Source: Magallana gigas (Eukaryota). From it: 64,000 nucleotides of DNA. The notes under the pieces were generated by a model. That model did not search any database and was not told where the DNA came from. It saw only the letters and a list, made by a program, of their open reading frames with translations. This document shows positions 1-12,914 of the stretch, one piece after another. Within the stretch, counting starts at the first letter, position 1. The number at the start of each line of letters is the position of its first letter. The translations under genes and the position numbers were made by a program. The stretch covers positions 3,038,001 to 3,102,000 of the forward strand of contig NC_088858.1 in the NCBI RefSeq assembly GCF_963853765.1, written 5' to 3'.

Positions 1-342
1 CAGTGAAAAGGGTTTTGAGCTGGTGAGCAAATAAACATTAATATTACATGTATTCCTTTTTGTAGCAAAAATTTTTAGGAGGTACATAAATAAATTTGAG
101 TGAACAGTTATTTTTTCTACTTGTTTCTGATTTATGAATTAAAACTATCAAAAATGCAAGAATAAAGCAGAAATAGAACAGAAAACAGCACAGAATTTCC
201 TGGATGCGGGAAATCAATAATGTTATTTATATAGTTTTAACTAAATATGAGTGTGTGGGGTCCAATGATTATATTGGTGTGGCCTAATGAGGAAATACTT
301 AATATAAAAAATCTGTTTCATTAAATAACCTTTTTAACCTAC

Positions 343-1037
343 CTGTATAAAAGATCAAACATACAGAAGACTAGAACATAAAATGGCCTGGTCAAGGGAG
401 ATAACTCCCATCTGTCCATTGTCCTGTAGGTGGCAGGCTCTGGAGGGGCTGCCACTGTGAGAGGATACTGAGCCACCAGTACAGTGAACCAGCCAAAAAC
501 AAAAATAACCACAGTGGCTCCCGTACTGCTACTATACAGTGCATTCAGTGTGGTGGGCAAGAGATACCAAAGGGAAAGTCCACACATACACCCAGATAAA
601 ACAGCATGAATGATGATATTGGCAATAAACTTTTTCCTGGGTATAACAAATTCATACGTTTCCACTCCGCAGCATGACACAAAATCAATCTCATCTTCCT
701 CGGCGAAGAGGTTCTTTTTGGTGGGGTATGTCAGATCTGATGTACATTTTTCCTGTACAATGGTAGATATGATGTTGGCAGCCAAGACAAAGGCAAGGAC
801 CAGAGACCCATAAAGAATCACACCTACGACATCACTGATGGTATCCAATTCTACGAGTAATGTCACAAGTCCTCCAAGAATAAAAGGAATGATAAACAGG
901 ATAAGCTGATTAATATAAACATACACAGGTGCATCATAGCCAAGGCGAAGTTTGGGTCCCCCTAGGATGGTCTGGGGAAACCTCTTGGCAAAGAATTCCT
1001 GCTTATAATCATTCAGTAGAGGAATCCCTGTCCCCAT
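343..1037 (-). CDS. PCNX4: Pecanex-like protein 4, first coding exon (gene continues beyond the left edge)
   Basis: Translation [34 protein letters not shown]...EEDEIDFVSCCG...LTRPFY matches the recalled N-terminus of vertebrate PCNX4 ([29 protein letters not shown]). Exon ends at the donor TACAG|GTAGG (intron starts at 342). An upstream acceptor ttttcag at 1102 makes the exon 343-1101 with a short UTR. Confidence 0.93.
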
Positions 1038-1101
1038 ACTGCTGTTTTCTTAGATCAGGTCACGCTGGATTCTATGAGTGTTGTCAACTCCATTGTTACA
1101 T

Positions 1102-1789
1102 CTGAAAAAAAATAGAAAATCAAATAACAGAAGGCAGATCCGTTAACATAATATATTTTTTAATAGATAGATCAAAAAACATTTGTTTTCATTGGAAACG
1201 AACACTTTAAAGAATGTTATCGACTTCCAGATCTTTATAGAAATATATTAAGGGGCAATTACCTTTATAAACAAGTAAAGTTACAAGATGTTCTTAAATT
1301 TAACATCCTGTCACTGTTAACAATAACATCATATCACATATTCGCTCTTTGAATGAAAATGTTGATAATTTCAACATTCCGATAAAATGAAAACTAAAAG
1401 AGGAAATCGAAAGGTCTGGTATTTATGTTTCCGGTATATGTGAACGGGTCATAAATATATATGTTTTTTGTTATTGGTATTTAAAAAAAAATATGATACT
1501 CAAGACTAAAATACACTTATAATTAACCTTGCTAAAAATACTACATTTGAGATCATCCAATCTTAGAAATAACATCTTGACAAAGGAAATGCAATTTAAT
1601 TCTCCGTAGTTTCGAACAACAAAAGAAACACATTTTGGGGATTGAATTATACGTTTTGTTGTGAAATCATTATTTCAGAAAATAAATTTAATATAAATAT
1701 TAATTATGACTCTTTAAAATAAAGAAATCGCAATTCAATTCATGATTAATTAAGTGCGAAACTGATTAATGATTTGAGAATATGTAAAG
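1102..1789. promoter_or_regulatory. Probable bidirectional promoter region between PCNX4 and MED17
   Basis: Divergent start codons at 1037 (-) and 1790 (+). ETS-like TTCCGG near 1430 and YY1-like AAGATGGC overlapping the MED17 ATG. TSS positions cannot be read from sequence. Confidence 0.4.
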
Positions 1790-4700
1790 ATGGCAGCTCC
1801 CTACTCTCAGTTCTCCCCGAGTCCCACTCCAGTAAATGTTTGCGTGGAAGCTGTACTTGAAAGTCAGATTCAAGAAGTCAGAGTAGTAGAAAAACCAGAT
1901 GCACCAGACGGACATGAGATTCAAGAAGTTTACGTTCCGTACGTAGATTTTACTGTATCTTAAAATACATTTTGCTCATATAACGTTAAATATTTTAGAA
2001 GAAAAAAAATTGCATTGATTTTTAAAATGACTTTGAGTTGACTAGCCACTGTTCTAACTAATATGTTAAATAAAACATTCTTAGTTAAATGCGAGAAATG
2101 TTATTTCTGATATTTATTGAATTGAATTTGCTTTCTCAATTTACTATTCTGTTGTACTTAATGTATGTAATTGTATACTGTATATTCCTATTAAAACGCG
2201 AGGAATTAATATCCGCGTAAAATCGCGAAAAGCCCGTCTCGCGAATTTTAAAATCTTGCTTTTAATTTTTGGACATATATAAACTACATGAAACTCTGAT
2301 AAAATTTCGGCAATCGCGAATTTTATGTTCTTGCGATTTGATGGAAATCTGTTGAACCGCGGAATTAAGTACTCGCATAAAATAAGGAATTTACAGTAGT
2401 GGTAATTGTAACGTCACGGCACCAATGTAATCACATAGTGGTTATTACTTTTATTTAAATACCAAGAGTTCCATGATATTCTTAAGTCTCTAGTCACTAA
2501 AGTAAGGTAAATCTCAAATCAAATAAGGTTTTCTCAGTCTAAATCCAATTCTCCGTAATAATGAAAATGTTCTAAAAATTTATTTCAACGCTGTCAAATA
2601 TTTACAAGTATTACAAAGTAACACCAGTTCCAGCTAAATGAAAACACTTGTTATGAGGTTTTGTAGATTTATTATGGTGCATGAAACAAAATACAAAACG
2701 TTATCTACAAAAATATACAGTAAACTTCCCTTTACTATCCTTACCAAGTAACAACATAAATGTAAGCCTGCCTTAATGTTAATTTAAAGTCCAAGTACCC
2801 AAACTGAATGCCAACCCACTTAGCACGGACCAAACGCCTAGCATGCTGCACAATGGAAATTTACGTGACAATAAACAAAATACTAATAGCAAGGCAATGC
2901 ATGAGTTGGGAAATGGAGACTGGGGCCAACCCATCTACCTGGGGAAGTGAGTTGACTCGAACCTTAGAGAAGATTCCACGTCAACTGCCAGTCTAAGGCA
3001 AATCCTGACTTTATTTACACCGTGCTCTGGGGGTGTGTTTCTCTTAACCAATCAGAATGATTATATGTATTTATAACTCGAACTAGCTTTTCCCCACATC
3101 ATTATGAATTACACCCACACTTTCCGAATGATACTTAAACGAATACAACCAATCATATTTATCGTTACGTTTTGCTTAAGCTATAGACGAAAATATGCTT
3201 GACATGTGACCATGCTATTAAATATTATCCTATCACACGTAATAGAAAAGGAGGAATGAGATAGGCTCAAACTCAAGACCCTTCTGTTTAAAAACCAGTG
3301 CTCTACCGACTGAGCTAACCCACTAGCTAGTGCTAGAAGGAGCATGGCAGTACTGAGCCTTTTGTACATCTAATACATACTTTAACACTGAACAAAACAA
3401 TATTTAATATTCTAGTAATATAAAATTACTCAAGAAACTAACATCAAATGCACAAACACTCTAAAAAATTTCTGAAGTTTTCATTCAATCTGACAAGCTG
3501 TTTGTAACACAGGCTCATTTTGCTCTTCAGACCACTGTCTATGTCAGAGAATCTGACAAAATTAGCACAGAAGATTGACTTTTACAAAGATGAAAGTGAC
3601 GAGAAAGGAAAACCCACTTCTGAGGGTGAAAAAGAAGAGGAAGAAAAAACAGGAGCAGCTTTTCAGCCATCGCTTTGGCCCTGGGACTCTGTTAGAACCA
3701 AGCTAAGGTAAGAAATAGGAGTTAGATTAAGGCCAATAGGAGTTAGATTAAGGCCATTAAACATTTTGACAGTTACTGTAGTTTTATAAAGAGAAGGTAA
3801 TAGGATTGGAGGAGTTTAAATACTCTAGTTATTTATTTCTTTTATTTGACAAAATCATTTATTACATAAAAGGTTATATTGTATGTCAAGTAAAAAGCAT
3901 CATTACAAATAAGATCTTTTCTTATAGAACATCACTGACAGAAATGAGTGTTTTATTGGACATACTGAATGTATCCTCCAGTAAAGAGAAGCGCTACATG
4001 GTATTAGACCCCGTACAACAGAATGCCCCTGATCCAAAGCTAGCGGTACAGCTCATGTCCAAAAGAAGAGTAAGGGTTTATAACTAAGATAAATAAATAA
4101 AAGAACACCACAAAATTTACCGTTATATACTTAGTGATGGCTAATCATGCACATTTTTGTGTAAAATATTGATATTAACATACTGGTATTCTGAAATAGT
4201 TCATGCTCATTAAGTATTACATGTTCATGGTATTTGGGTAAATATCTATGAGGATGTTAATACTTGTGTTGATGATTTTTATAGATAATATTCTGACATG
4301 ATTCTCTTTCTCAGGCTCTTCAGTCAGCTGCCAGTGTTCTACAGTCAGGTGCAGAAAGGTTACGAAAGTCACACGCTGAAATCAACAACAAAAATGACTT
4401 TCACTTGGAACTGTTAAATGTTCGACAGAAATGGAGACTAAAAAAGACAGGCACCTCAATCTTAGGCGATCTCAGTTATAGATCAGGTCTGTTTTTATTT
4501 GTTAATTTCTCACGTAATTTGATTGAACATTACATTGATTTCAGTAATGCTTTTATGACAGGTGCTGGTTCACACAATGCTAGACTTTCTGTGACAACTA
4601 TATTAACATGGTGTTTATAGTGACAATCTGATTCATTCTGTCATATTATGTGCTATTTTTACCTAATTTGATTATTAGTTGGATCAAGATACATGCATAA

Positions 4701-7700
4701 TGGAGTGTTTGAGGTGGTGAAGAGTTCAGATCTGACCGCGGAGGGGGAGTTCCTGGCCCAGCGTGGAAGCCTGGATGTGGTGGTCCCCACAGAGCTAGAG
4801 GGCGGGGCCTACATACAGGTGGAGGTCAAGTCTGTACCAGGTAACTGCATCACAGGTAAAAAGACATTTCTAATTCAACATAATTGATTGTGTTCTCAAT
4901 ATTAGGTCCAGGTTGTGTTGTGTTTAAGGTAATGACTCTAACAGGGAAGTTATGATATTATGTAGGTTACTTAGTACATTGGAGCATTACAATGTATTTG
5001 TGTTGCTTAGATACCATGGATCTGACTGGAGCCATTCTACGAGTGCCGTCAGGAATTGGACCAGTCCGAAGTGAAACCTACTGGCAGCAGAAGCTAGAAA
5101 AAGCACAGAATGTTTTGTTCTGTAAAGAAATATTTGCACAGGTACATATACAATTTATTTTTAATCACGATACACAAACCTGTATTTGATGCATACTTTT
5201 TATTTGTGAGCCTCGGATATTTGATTTTGTTAAGGCAAATTATAGTTAAAGATTCATTGCTATATTAATCTAAATGTAGGCCTACATGTACCTGCATGTT
5301 TATCAATTTGCTTTATGATTCTGAAGTAATGCATGTGCTGATTTGCAAACTCATTTCATCTGTGGAGTTTTGAATACAGAGAGTGATACATGTACTCTTA
5401 CAGTTTACATGAAAGTTCAAATGTATTGAATGACTTGATATCTTTTCTTGTGCATTCTGTAGTTGGCCAGAGAAGCTGTTCAATCCAAAGCCTCTATTCC
5501 ACACCTGGTGGTTGGGAACCAGATTATAACTAATGTAAGTCTTTAGTAAAGCAATATGGTCTTTGTGGCCAAAAATATGTAATGTTTCCCCATACTCATA
5601 ACCGGTAAATGTAAGATCATTAAACAATGTGATGTTTAATTACATTGATACATTGTTTAATGTTTCATTAAACAAAATATGGTCAGATTGCAATTATATC
5701 AAGCCATTCCAAAAGTCATGCATCTTTAGATCAGTTCACCAGTATTGGGATTAGGGTGGATTATTAGAATCTTACATACCCATCTATTTTTACATAGGTT
5801 TTTCCTGGTATTCAATTATCTATTGTCCTCTGCCATTCAACAGGAAAAGAGAGAGAGAAAAAGGTGAGTTCCAATATTCAATTAAGAGTGTTACCAATGC
5901 ATGCAGACAGTTTTTGCACCACTTCTCATGTATTCCTTTTCTGAGATATCAATCTGATCATGTCATTCATTGCTAGCTCCCCCAATACAAGATGGACCAC
6001 AATCACGTGTTGGAACACTCCCTGCATCAGCTCCTCCGTGAGAACCATTTCAAGAACATCAACTTCCCCGCCCCTCACCCCGTCACGGCGCTGGTGGGTC
6101 TGACCAAAAAACGGAGACTGGCCGGCCCCAATGCTCTCAGTCGTAAACAGCTGATGGACATGTCCGACAGGTCAGTGTCTTGCTGATGACATGTACTCGC
6201 ATATATCATGTGAATCATGACTTCAATTTTATATTTCATCAGTTTACACCCATATAATGTGTTGATCTTCAGCACAACATAATATGTACGTTAAATTTTT
6301 AATAAACTGAGTTGACCATGAGTAAATTTTTTTTATTTGTTGTGTTGTTTCAGTGAGAGTATGTTGGATCAAATTATCAAACAGACTAAGCACAATGTCT
6401 TAAGATTGAGGTTTGTAGTCCATTCTTCACTTAGATCTATTATAAAAAAATCAAATGCCCTTTACTATGGTTGTAGCAGGCATAAGACTAGGCTACATGC
6501 TGTCTTTCATAAATTAATTGTTATCAATGACAGGACCATGCAGACTATTGATGGAATAGCGGCCACCCTGTCTGATCCACAGCTGACCGTCCACTGGAGC
6601 TGTTGTAACAGCAGCACAGAGGCCAGCTGTAGGGTCATCATAACATCTCAAGGTTACGACCTTAGGTAGGTGACATCAAGGTCATCATTACATCCCCATT
6701 ACATCTGTCGGTTATGACCTCAGGTAAGTTATATTAAGGTCATCATTAAATATCAAGGTTACTACTGGAGTAGGTGACATCAGGGTACTGGTTCATGGCA
6801 TAAATGTCATCTTCATGTCACTAGATTATAACGCTGGGTATGTTCTAATTATTTTTTAAATAAATCAATGGTATATTGTAAGATAAAGCAACATAAAGTA
6901 AAATAAACATACATGGACAGGACTACTCTGTAGTGTAGCTGATATTTGAAATCATATGAGACAGAGATACTTGGTATATGTGTATTGAGTAGTTGTACAG
7001 ATGTCCATGTTGTCCTCTGTTTGCAGGGTGTGGCACAGCTTCGTGATCATCATCGGTGTGGACAGCCTCAAGGTGATCATCAAGGAGGGACGGGTCTTCT
7101 TCCTCTCGTTTGAAGAGAAGGAGCTACAGGATTTCATCATGTGGCAGGTACAGGCAGAAGTCATTAGTAAAATCAAAGGTTAAACTTATAACACAAACCC
7201 TGGCAATTATGAATGGTATTGTTAAATGCTTTATGGTCCAATTTAGAGTGGAATGGTTAAATTTTCATCTGGCATGTGAATTGAATAAATATAATGTTTG
7301 TAAACAAAAGATCTCTAAGTAAGTTAAGAATTTGTTTCCAATTTATTGCATTTCAGAACCGTTCAGTTTATATTCTTCATATTTGCTTGAATTGTCTGTG
7401 ATCAGAACAATACTCGTAGGGCAGACTGACGACTTTATTTATGCATGAGTAACTCTTTTCAATTTCCTGTGTTTATTGTGAACCTTAAAAGAGTACACAA
7501 AAGCAAACAAACTTTTTCCCTTAAAAATAATTCATCAAAAAATAATTTATTTTGATAATAAGCCTATGCATCTTTAATGACAAATGCTATAAGAATTAGC
7601 CTATACTAGTACATCGTTAAAGACACATGCTATACATGTGCTTTCTCTTGGTTCCCTAGGTGTCGCAGCATCAGATCTCAGTGTCCCAGAATCTGGCACG

Positions 7701-8700
7701 ATTGATGGGCTGGCAGATCATGAGTACCAGCACAGCGATGGGCGTGTCCGACCTAGAATCCTCAGGAACCGCTTCCTCTCTCATCCTCGCCGCCCCAAAC
7801 AAAGAGAGGTGAAATGACTGGGTTTTTTTAAATGCAAAAAGGACTCTATATGATATGGGCCTAAAATGTCCCCTAAAGTGACCCTTTCTTCATACAGATA
7901 TACATGTGAAGTTTTTTCATAGTTTTCATTTAGATGGAAATGCCCACTATTTAGAAATCTGACATCATAAAGGTTAACCTTTTCACGCCAATTTTGCATT
8001 TTTAGTATAAAACGGCTTGTTTTTAAACAGTTTTTCTTTCGGAAAATCTCGATTGATTCTCGAACAAAAAAATATTCTCATCAAAGATGAATCTATTCAA
8101 AACTAACAAGTGACCAAAAGTATTGTCCTTGTTCAAAGTGTCCCTCTGTATTTCCCGATTTGAAAAAAGATAAGAAAAATTTAAATTTTTGACAGATTTT
8201 GATTAACTTACAAAAATCAAGGGTCACTTCTGATGTCATAAACTGCCAGTGAGTGCAAATAAATAGGTATTAAATATATCTTACCTCTATTAAATACTTG
8301 AATTTGAGGTAAAATAAATGGAAAAACAACATATTTTAATACTCTTTGCAGTTTAACACACACACAGCTGAGTGAACATTTTGCTGCCACCTGGGATCTG
8401 GTCCTAGTGTGCATTATAATATTGAATCATGATATTTGATGCTTATTATTGATATTTGTGCTTCCGGTTTTTAGGATTCTTGCCATTAAAAGTGGGCCAT
8501 CCAGTGGAATCAAAGTGTTTCTTCAGCAATCTCAAAAGGACAACAAAAACAGAGTTATCCTCCCTGACGATAAATGGCAGAGTGTTGGTGCTGACTATCA
8601 GCAGGTCGATCTTTCAAAATTTGAGGGCAGAAATTTTGCCTCAAAACTTGAACTCTTATTAGCAACATTTTCTCATGATTTATCATCAAGCTCATCCTGA
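1790..8700 (+). CDS. MED17: Mediator of RNA polymerase II transcription subunit 17, complete, 14 coding exons
   Basis: Exons 1790-1938, 3531-3707, 3928-4069, 4315-4486, 4679-4840, 5011-5141, 5463-5534, 5798-5863, 5977-6170, 6354-6410, 6534-6665, 7027-7147, 7660-7808, 8475-8700. All junctions are GT-AG and in frame. Motifs [57 protein letters not shown] and [12 protein letters not shown] match recalled human MED17. Confidence 0.95.
2176..2398. mobile_element. TA-flanked MITE (Tc1/mariner-type), MED17 intron 1
   Basis: Ends TACTGTATATTCCT ... AGGAATTTACAGTA. A related copy lies at 56233-56455. Confidence 0.7.
3263..3321 (-). pseudogene. Degenerate tRNA-Lys(UUU)-like sequence / tRNA-derived SINE head
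   Basis: Minus strand reads TAGCTCAGTCGGTAGAGCA-CTGGT-TTTTAA-ACAGAA-GGGTC-TTGAGTTTGAGCC. The A box is identical to tRNA-Lys; the B box and stems are degenerate, so it is not a functional tRNA. Confidence 0.55.
6633..6785 (+). repeat. Three degenerate tandem copies of the MED17 exon-11 3' end plus donor
   Basis: GGTCATCAT...GGTTA(C/T)GACCT..AGGTA(G/A)GT units start at 6633, 6680 and 6738. Confidence 0.7.
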
Positions 8701-9164
8701 AATAAACTCTTCTCAAGCCTGTTGTTGAGATTTTTAAGCATGTACACACCACCGTACTTGTTTCTTTAAGGACTTTTGACATTATTGCCTGTCTGTTTGC
8801 CTGTCAGGGATTTTTTTGACATCTCTCTGAAATACTGAAAATAAGTGAAGAAGGTGGGGGGGGGGGCTAGATTGCTGAAGATCTCGAATTTTATCTGCTT
8901 GTGTAGATCAGGTGAAAGAATCCAATTTTAATCAGATTGTCCAGCTATTCATAATACCACATTGTACTTGATATCAATTTAAGGTACGGTGCTCTCAATT
9001 CACAGATTGATTAAGCAATTTATGTGTTTGTAAAATGATGAACATAATCATACTTTATTTTAGTTATTATTCTTTAATTTAAACCAATTTTATTAAAAAA
9101 ATAGTTGCATTTTCCAGTGTCTTTGAAAACACTACGAATCAATTTTGTAATGTATACCCGGTAG

Positions 9165-10714
9165 CAGGCTTGGGGCGAATTACATTGTAAAGTAATGCAT
9201 TACATTACCATTACTTCATGAATTTGGGCATTAAATTACCATTACCATTACTTGATTTTCTTGAAGTAATGCATTACATTACCATTACATGAGTAAAGTA
9301 ATGCATTACCATTACCATTACTTTGTTTTAAAAAAGTAAAGCTAATAAAGAGTTTTTGCAAATGTTTCAAATATAAAACACTCTTTAACATATCTACAGC
9401 TTCATGCTCAGTATCAGGTTCAAATTCAACGACTATACAAGAGTCATTCTTTATTTGCTCAATATATAATCATCTTGTGGCATTATGAACAACATATTAC
9501 ATAAGTAAAATGATATCTATAGACATTTGGCATGATACAGTGTAGGATACGAAATAGAGACACAGAATTACATGCATAACAAAAAACAATTTATGGAATA
9601 ATGTTGCGGTTATCAAAAGCTAAATAGAGATATTTCCCCAGATTACACAAATCTTTATAATTTTGGTCATTTAATTGTATTATAATTCATAAACAGATGG
9701 TTTTTCCCAGTTATATTTCTTAAGATACTGTATTTGAATGTATTTCTTTCTAATGAGGACACTTTAAGACAAAAGATTGCTGTTGCACTTTATGATCAAA
9801 GTTTCAAAGGGTTCATCTTTTAACTGCATCCTGTTAGTAATCTTCCCAGCTATACTAAATAAATGTTTTACAGGAGCAGTCGAAGCTTGGACTGAAAAGT
9901 ACTGTTTGACTATCTTTATCTTAAGATATATTAAGTGCAATAATAGAAAAAATACATGAATCTTGTATTTTCTATCAGTCCAAACTAATGTACAGTGTAC
10001 TTAATATACAAGAGAGAGAGAGAGAGTAAGTAAGTAAAATTATTTTCAAATGGGTTATAATATTGGAAGTGATATTGATTTTCATCATGGATGGACAGTG
10101 CATTCATTTTGCTTTTAAAGGTGCATGTCTGTCTAGCTTCTATTCTATTTGGACATAGCGAAGGGAAGGGGGTTGGGGTATTTAGCACTTCTTATAACAA
10201 TAGATTGTTTTGATACTTAGATTATCCTGGGGGCATAGTGTGTTGTTGACACATTTCTTATTGAAGTGCAAACTAATTGGAGTAAATTGTTTAAATGATT
10301 AAAAACTCTTAATAACAACACTCTTAAAAATGTTATGAAAATTTGCTGTAATATTTAGTGATATTAACAATTCAAAAATAAAATTTTGAAAATCTTTTTT
10401 TAATAATACAATTAAAAAATTTTATCTCAAGAATTATTTCTTTCTTCTTAAAAAATAAATTTAGTCAAATTCATTTTCAACTATTCATTTACATGTATTC
10501 ATCACATTTTTTAAAGTGAACATTCATAAATAAGCATAGTAATGCCATGTAATGCCAGCATTACACTAGATTTTGGAAAGTAATGAATTACATTACCATT
10601 ACTTGTAATGCTAATTTTGTGGCATTACGCATTACACTCTGTACTAGCATTACTTTGAAAACATGTAATGCATTACAATGCATTACCATTACATTTAGCA
10701 TTACCCCAAGCCTG
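9165..10714. mobile_element. Non-autonomous hAT DNA transposon (1550 bp)
   Basis: TIR CAGGCTTGGGG ... CCCCAAGCCTG. Exact 8-bp TSD CCCGGTAG at 9157-9164 and 10715-10722. Dense subterminal CATTAC/GTAATG repeats. No transposase ORF. Confidence 0.9.
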
Positions 10715-10791
10715 CCCGGTAGTTCAATATATTTCATCAATCACTATTTTGATATCTATAAATCATATGATTGCTGAAAATTATATAAATA

Positions 10792-11064
10792 TAAGTAATA
10801 AGGAATCATTCCTTAAATATTATTAGGAGATGAAATACGGTTGGCCGTAATGAAATCTGTTCGGTTCATCGATTATAATTTTGATATTGAATCATACATT
10901 TGCTGAAACTTGAATTAATATTTGTAACAATGAATCAGTTTTTGATTACATAAAGAAGATCAAATACGGTTGGGCATGATCAAATCTGGGCTTCATTGGA
11001 ATTGATAATTTCGGGCGGTATTTAATCACCTCATAATCGTCGAAAAATGATTCCTTATTCCTTA
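10792..11064. mobile_element. MITE with TAAGGAATAAGGAATCAT-type TIRs
   Basis: Left TAAGTAATAAGGAATCATT, right AATGATTCCTTATTCCTTA. Same family at 37575-37733, and partial copies at 20083-20313 and 37901-37990. Confidence 0.7.
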
Positions 11065-11269
11065 ATTTTGATAATGATTAACATTAAAAAGGAAAAAAAC
11101 AAAATCAAATCAACAAAACATTCACAGAACACAAAGCACTCAACAAAACAAAAAACAATGTACATGTAAATGATAAGGATTTCATGTCTTTGGTTACATT
11201 TTACCTGATGAGGTGATTGTGCTCTATAGAACACAGATCTGAACATGTACACTGTTTGACAACAAGATG

Positions 11270-12903
11270 TACCTGTACACAATCAATCAATGAGTTGTAC
11301 CTATACACTATCAGACAATGAGTTGTACACTATCAGACAATAAGTTGTACACAATCAGACAATGAGTTGTACACAATCAGACAATGAGTTGTACCTGTAC
11401 ACAATCAGACAATGAGTTGTACACTATCAGACAATGTTTTATACCTGTACACAATCAGACAATGAGTTGTACCTATACACTATCAGACAATAAGTTGTAC
11501 GCTATCAAACAATGAGTTGTACTTGTACACTATCAGACAAGGAGTTATACCTGTACACAATCAGACAATGAGTTGTACCTATACACTATCAGACAATAAG
11601 TTGTACGCTATGAAACAATGAGTTGTACTTATACACTATCAGACAATGAGTTGTACCTGTACACAATCAGACGATGAGTTGTACACTATCAGACAATGAG
11701 TTGCACTTGCACACTATCAGACAATGAGTTGTACTTGTACACTATCAGACAATGAGTTGTACCTATACACTATCAGACAATAAGTTGTACGCTATGAAAC
11801 AATGAGTTGTACTTATACACTATCAGACAATGAGTTGTACTTGTACACTATTAGACAATGAGTTGTATATTGGTACACTATCAGACAATGAGTTGTACTT
11901 GTACACTATCAGACAATGAGTTGTACCTGTACACTATCAGACAATGAGTTGTACACTATCAGACAATGATTTGTACTTGTACACTGTTACACAATGAGTT
12001 GTATTTGTACACTATCAGACAATGAGTTGTATTTGTACACTATCAGACAATGTGTTGTAAATGTACACTATCAGACAATGATTTGTACCTGTACACTATC
12101 AGACAATGAGTTGTATTTGTACACTATTAGACAATGAGTTGTACACTATCGGATAATGATTTGTACTTGTACACTATCAGACAATGAGTTATACCTGTAC
12201 ACAATCAGACAATGAGTTATACCTGTACACAATCAGACAATGAGTTGTACTTGTACACTATCAGACAATGAGTTGTATTTGTACACTATCAGACAATGAG
12301 TTGTACTTGTACACAATCAGACAATGAGTTATACCTGTACACTATCAGACAATGAGTTGTACACAATCAGACAATGAGTTGTACCTATACACTATCAGAC
12401 AATAAGTTGAACAATATCAGACAATGAGTTGTACTTGTACACTATCAGACAATGAGTTATACCTGTACACTATCAGACAATGTGTTGTTCCTGTACACTA
12501 TCAGACAACCAGTTGTACTTGTACACAATCAGACAATGAGTTGTACACTATCAGACAATGAGTTGCACTTGCACACTATCAGACAATGAATTGTACTTGT
12601 ACACTATTAGACAATGAGTTGTATATTGGTACACTATCAGACAATGAGTTGTACTTGTACACTATCAGACAATGAGTTGTACCTGTACACTATCAGACAA
12701 TGAGTTGTACTTGTACACTGTTAGACAATGAGTTGTATTTGTACACTATCAGACAATGAGTTGTATTTGTACACTATTAGACAATGAGTTATACCTGTAC
12801 ACTATCAGACAATGAGTTGTATTTGTACACTCTCAGACAATGAGTTGTACCTGTTCACTATCAGACAATAAGTTGTACACTATCAAACAATGAGTTGTAT
12901 TTG
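11270..12903. repeat. 28-bp minisatellite (consensus GTACACTATCAGACAATGAGTTGTACCT, with 22-bp variants)
   Basis: Directly visible tandem array of about 1.6 kb. Confidence 0.95.
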
Positions 12904-12914
12904 TGAAAACTACA

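Noticed and set aside
610-813. Antisense or alternate-frame ORFs over real exons (also 14085-14725, 24810-25256, 43752-44298, 59943-60233, 60736-61107, 63500-63967)
   Set aside because: They are shadow ORFs of genuine coding exons with no independent protein features.
3715-3758. Short direct repeat of AATAGGAGTTAGATTAAGGCC at the start of MED17 intron 2
   Set aside because: It is a simple two-copy slippage duplication that does not include the splice site.
7835-8250. Possible MITE in MED17 intron 13 (AAGGACTCTATATGATATGGGCCTAAAATG...)
   Set aside because: Only one end is recognisable; no matching TIR or TSD was found.
11055-11282. Minus-strand ORF / possible small exon (tacag|...CATCAG|GTAAAA) next to the 28-bp array
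   Set aside because: The paralogous copy has a 1-nt deletion and an altered donor context, and the peptide has no recognisable similarity.
11270-12903. 28-bp repeat of CRISPR-like length
   Set aside because: Units are head-to-tail with no spacers; it is an ordinary minisatellite.
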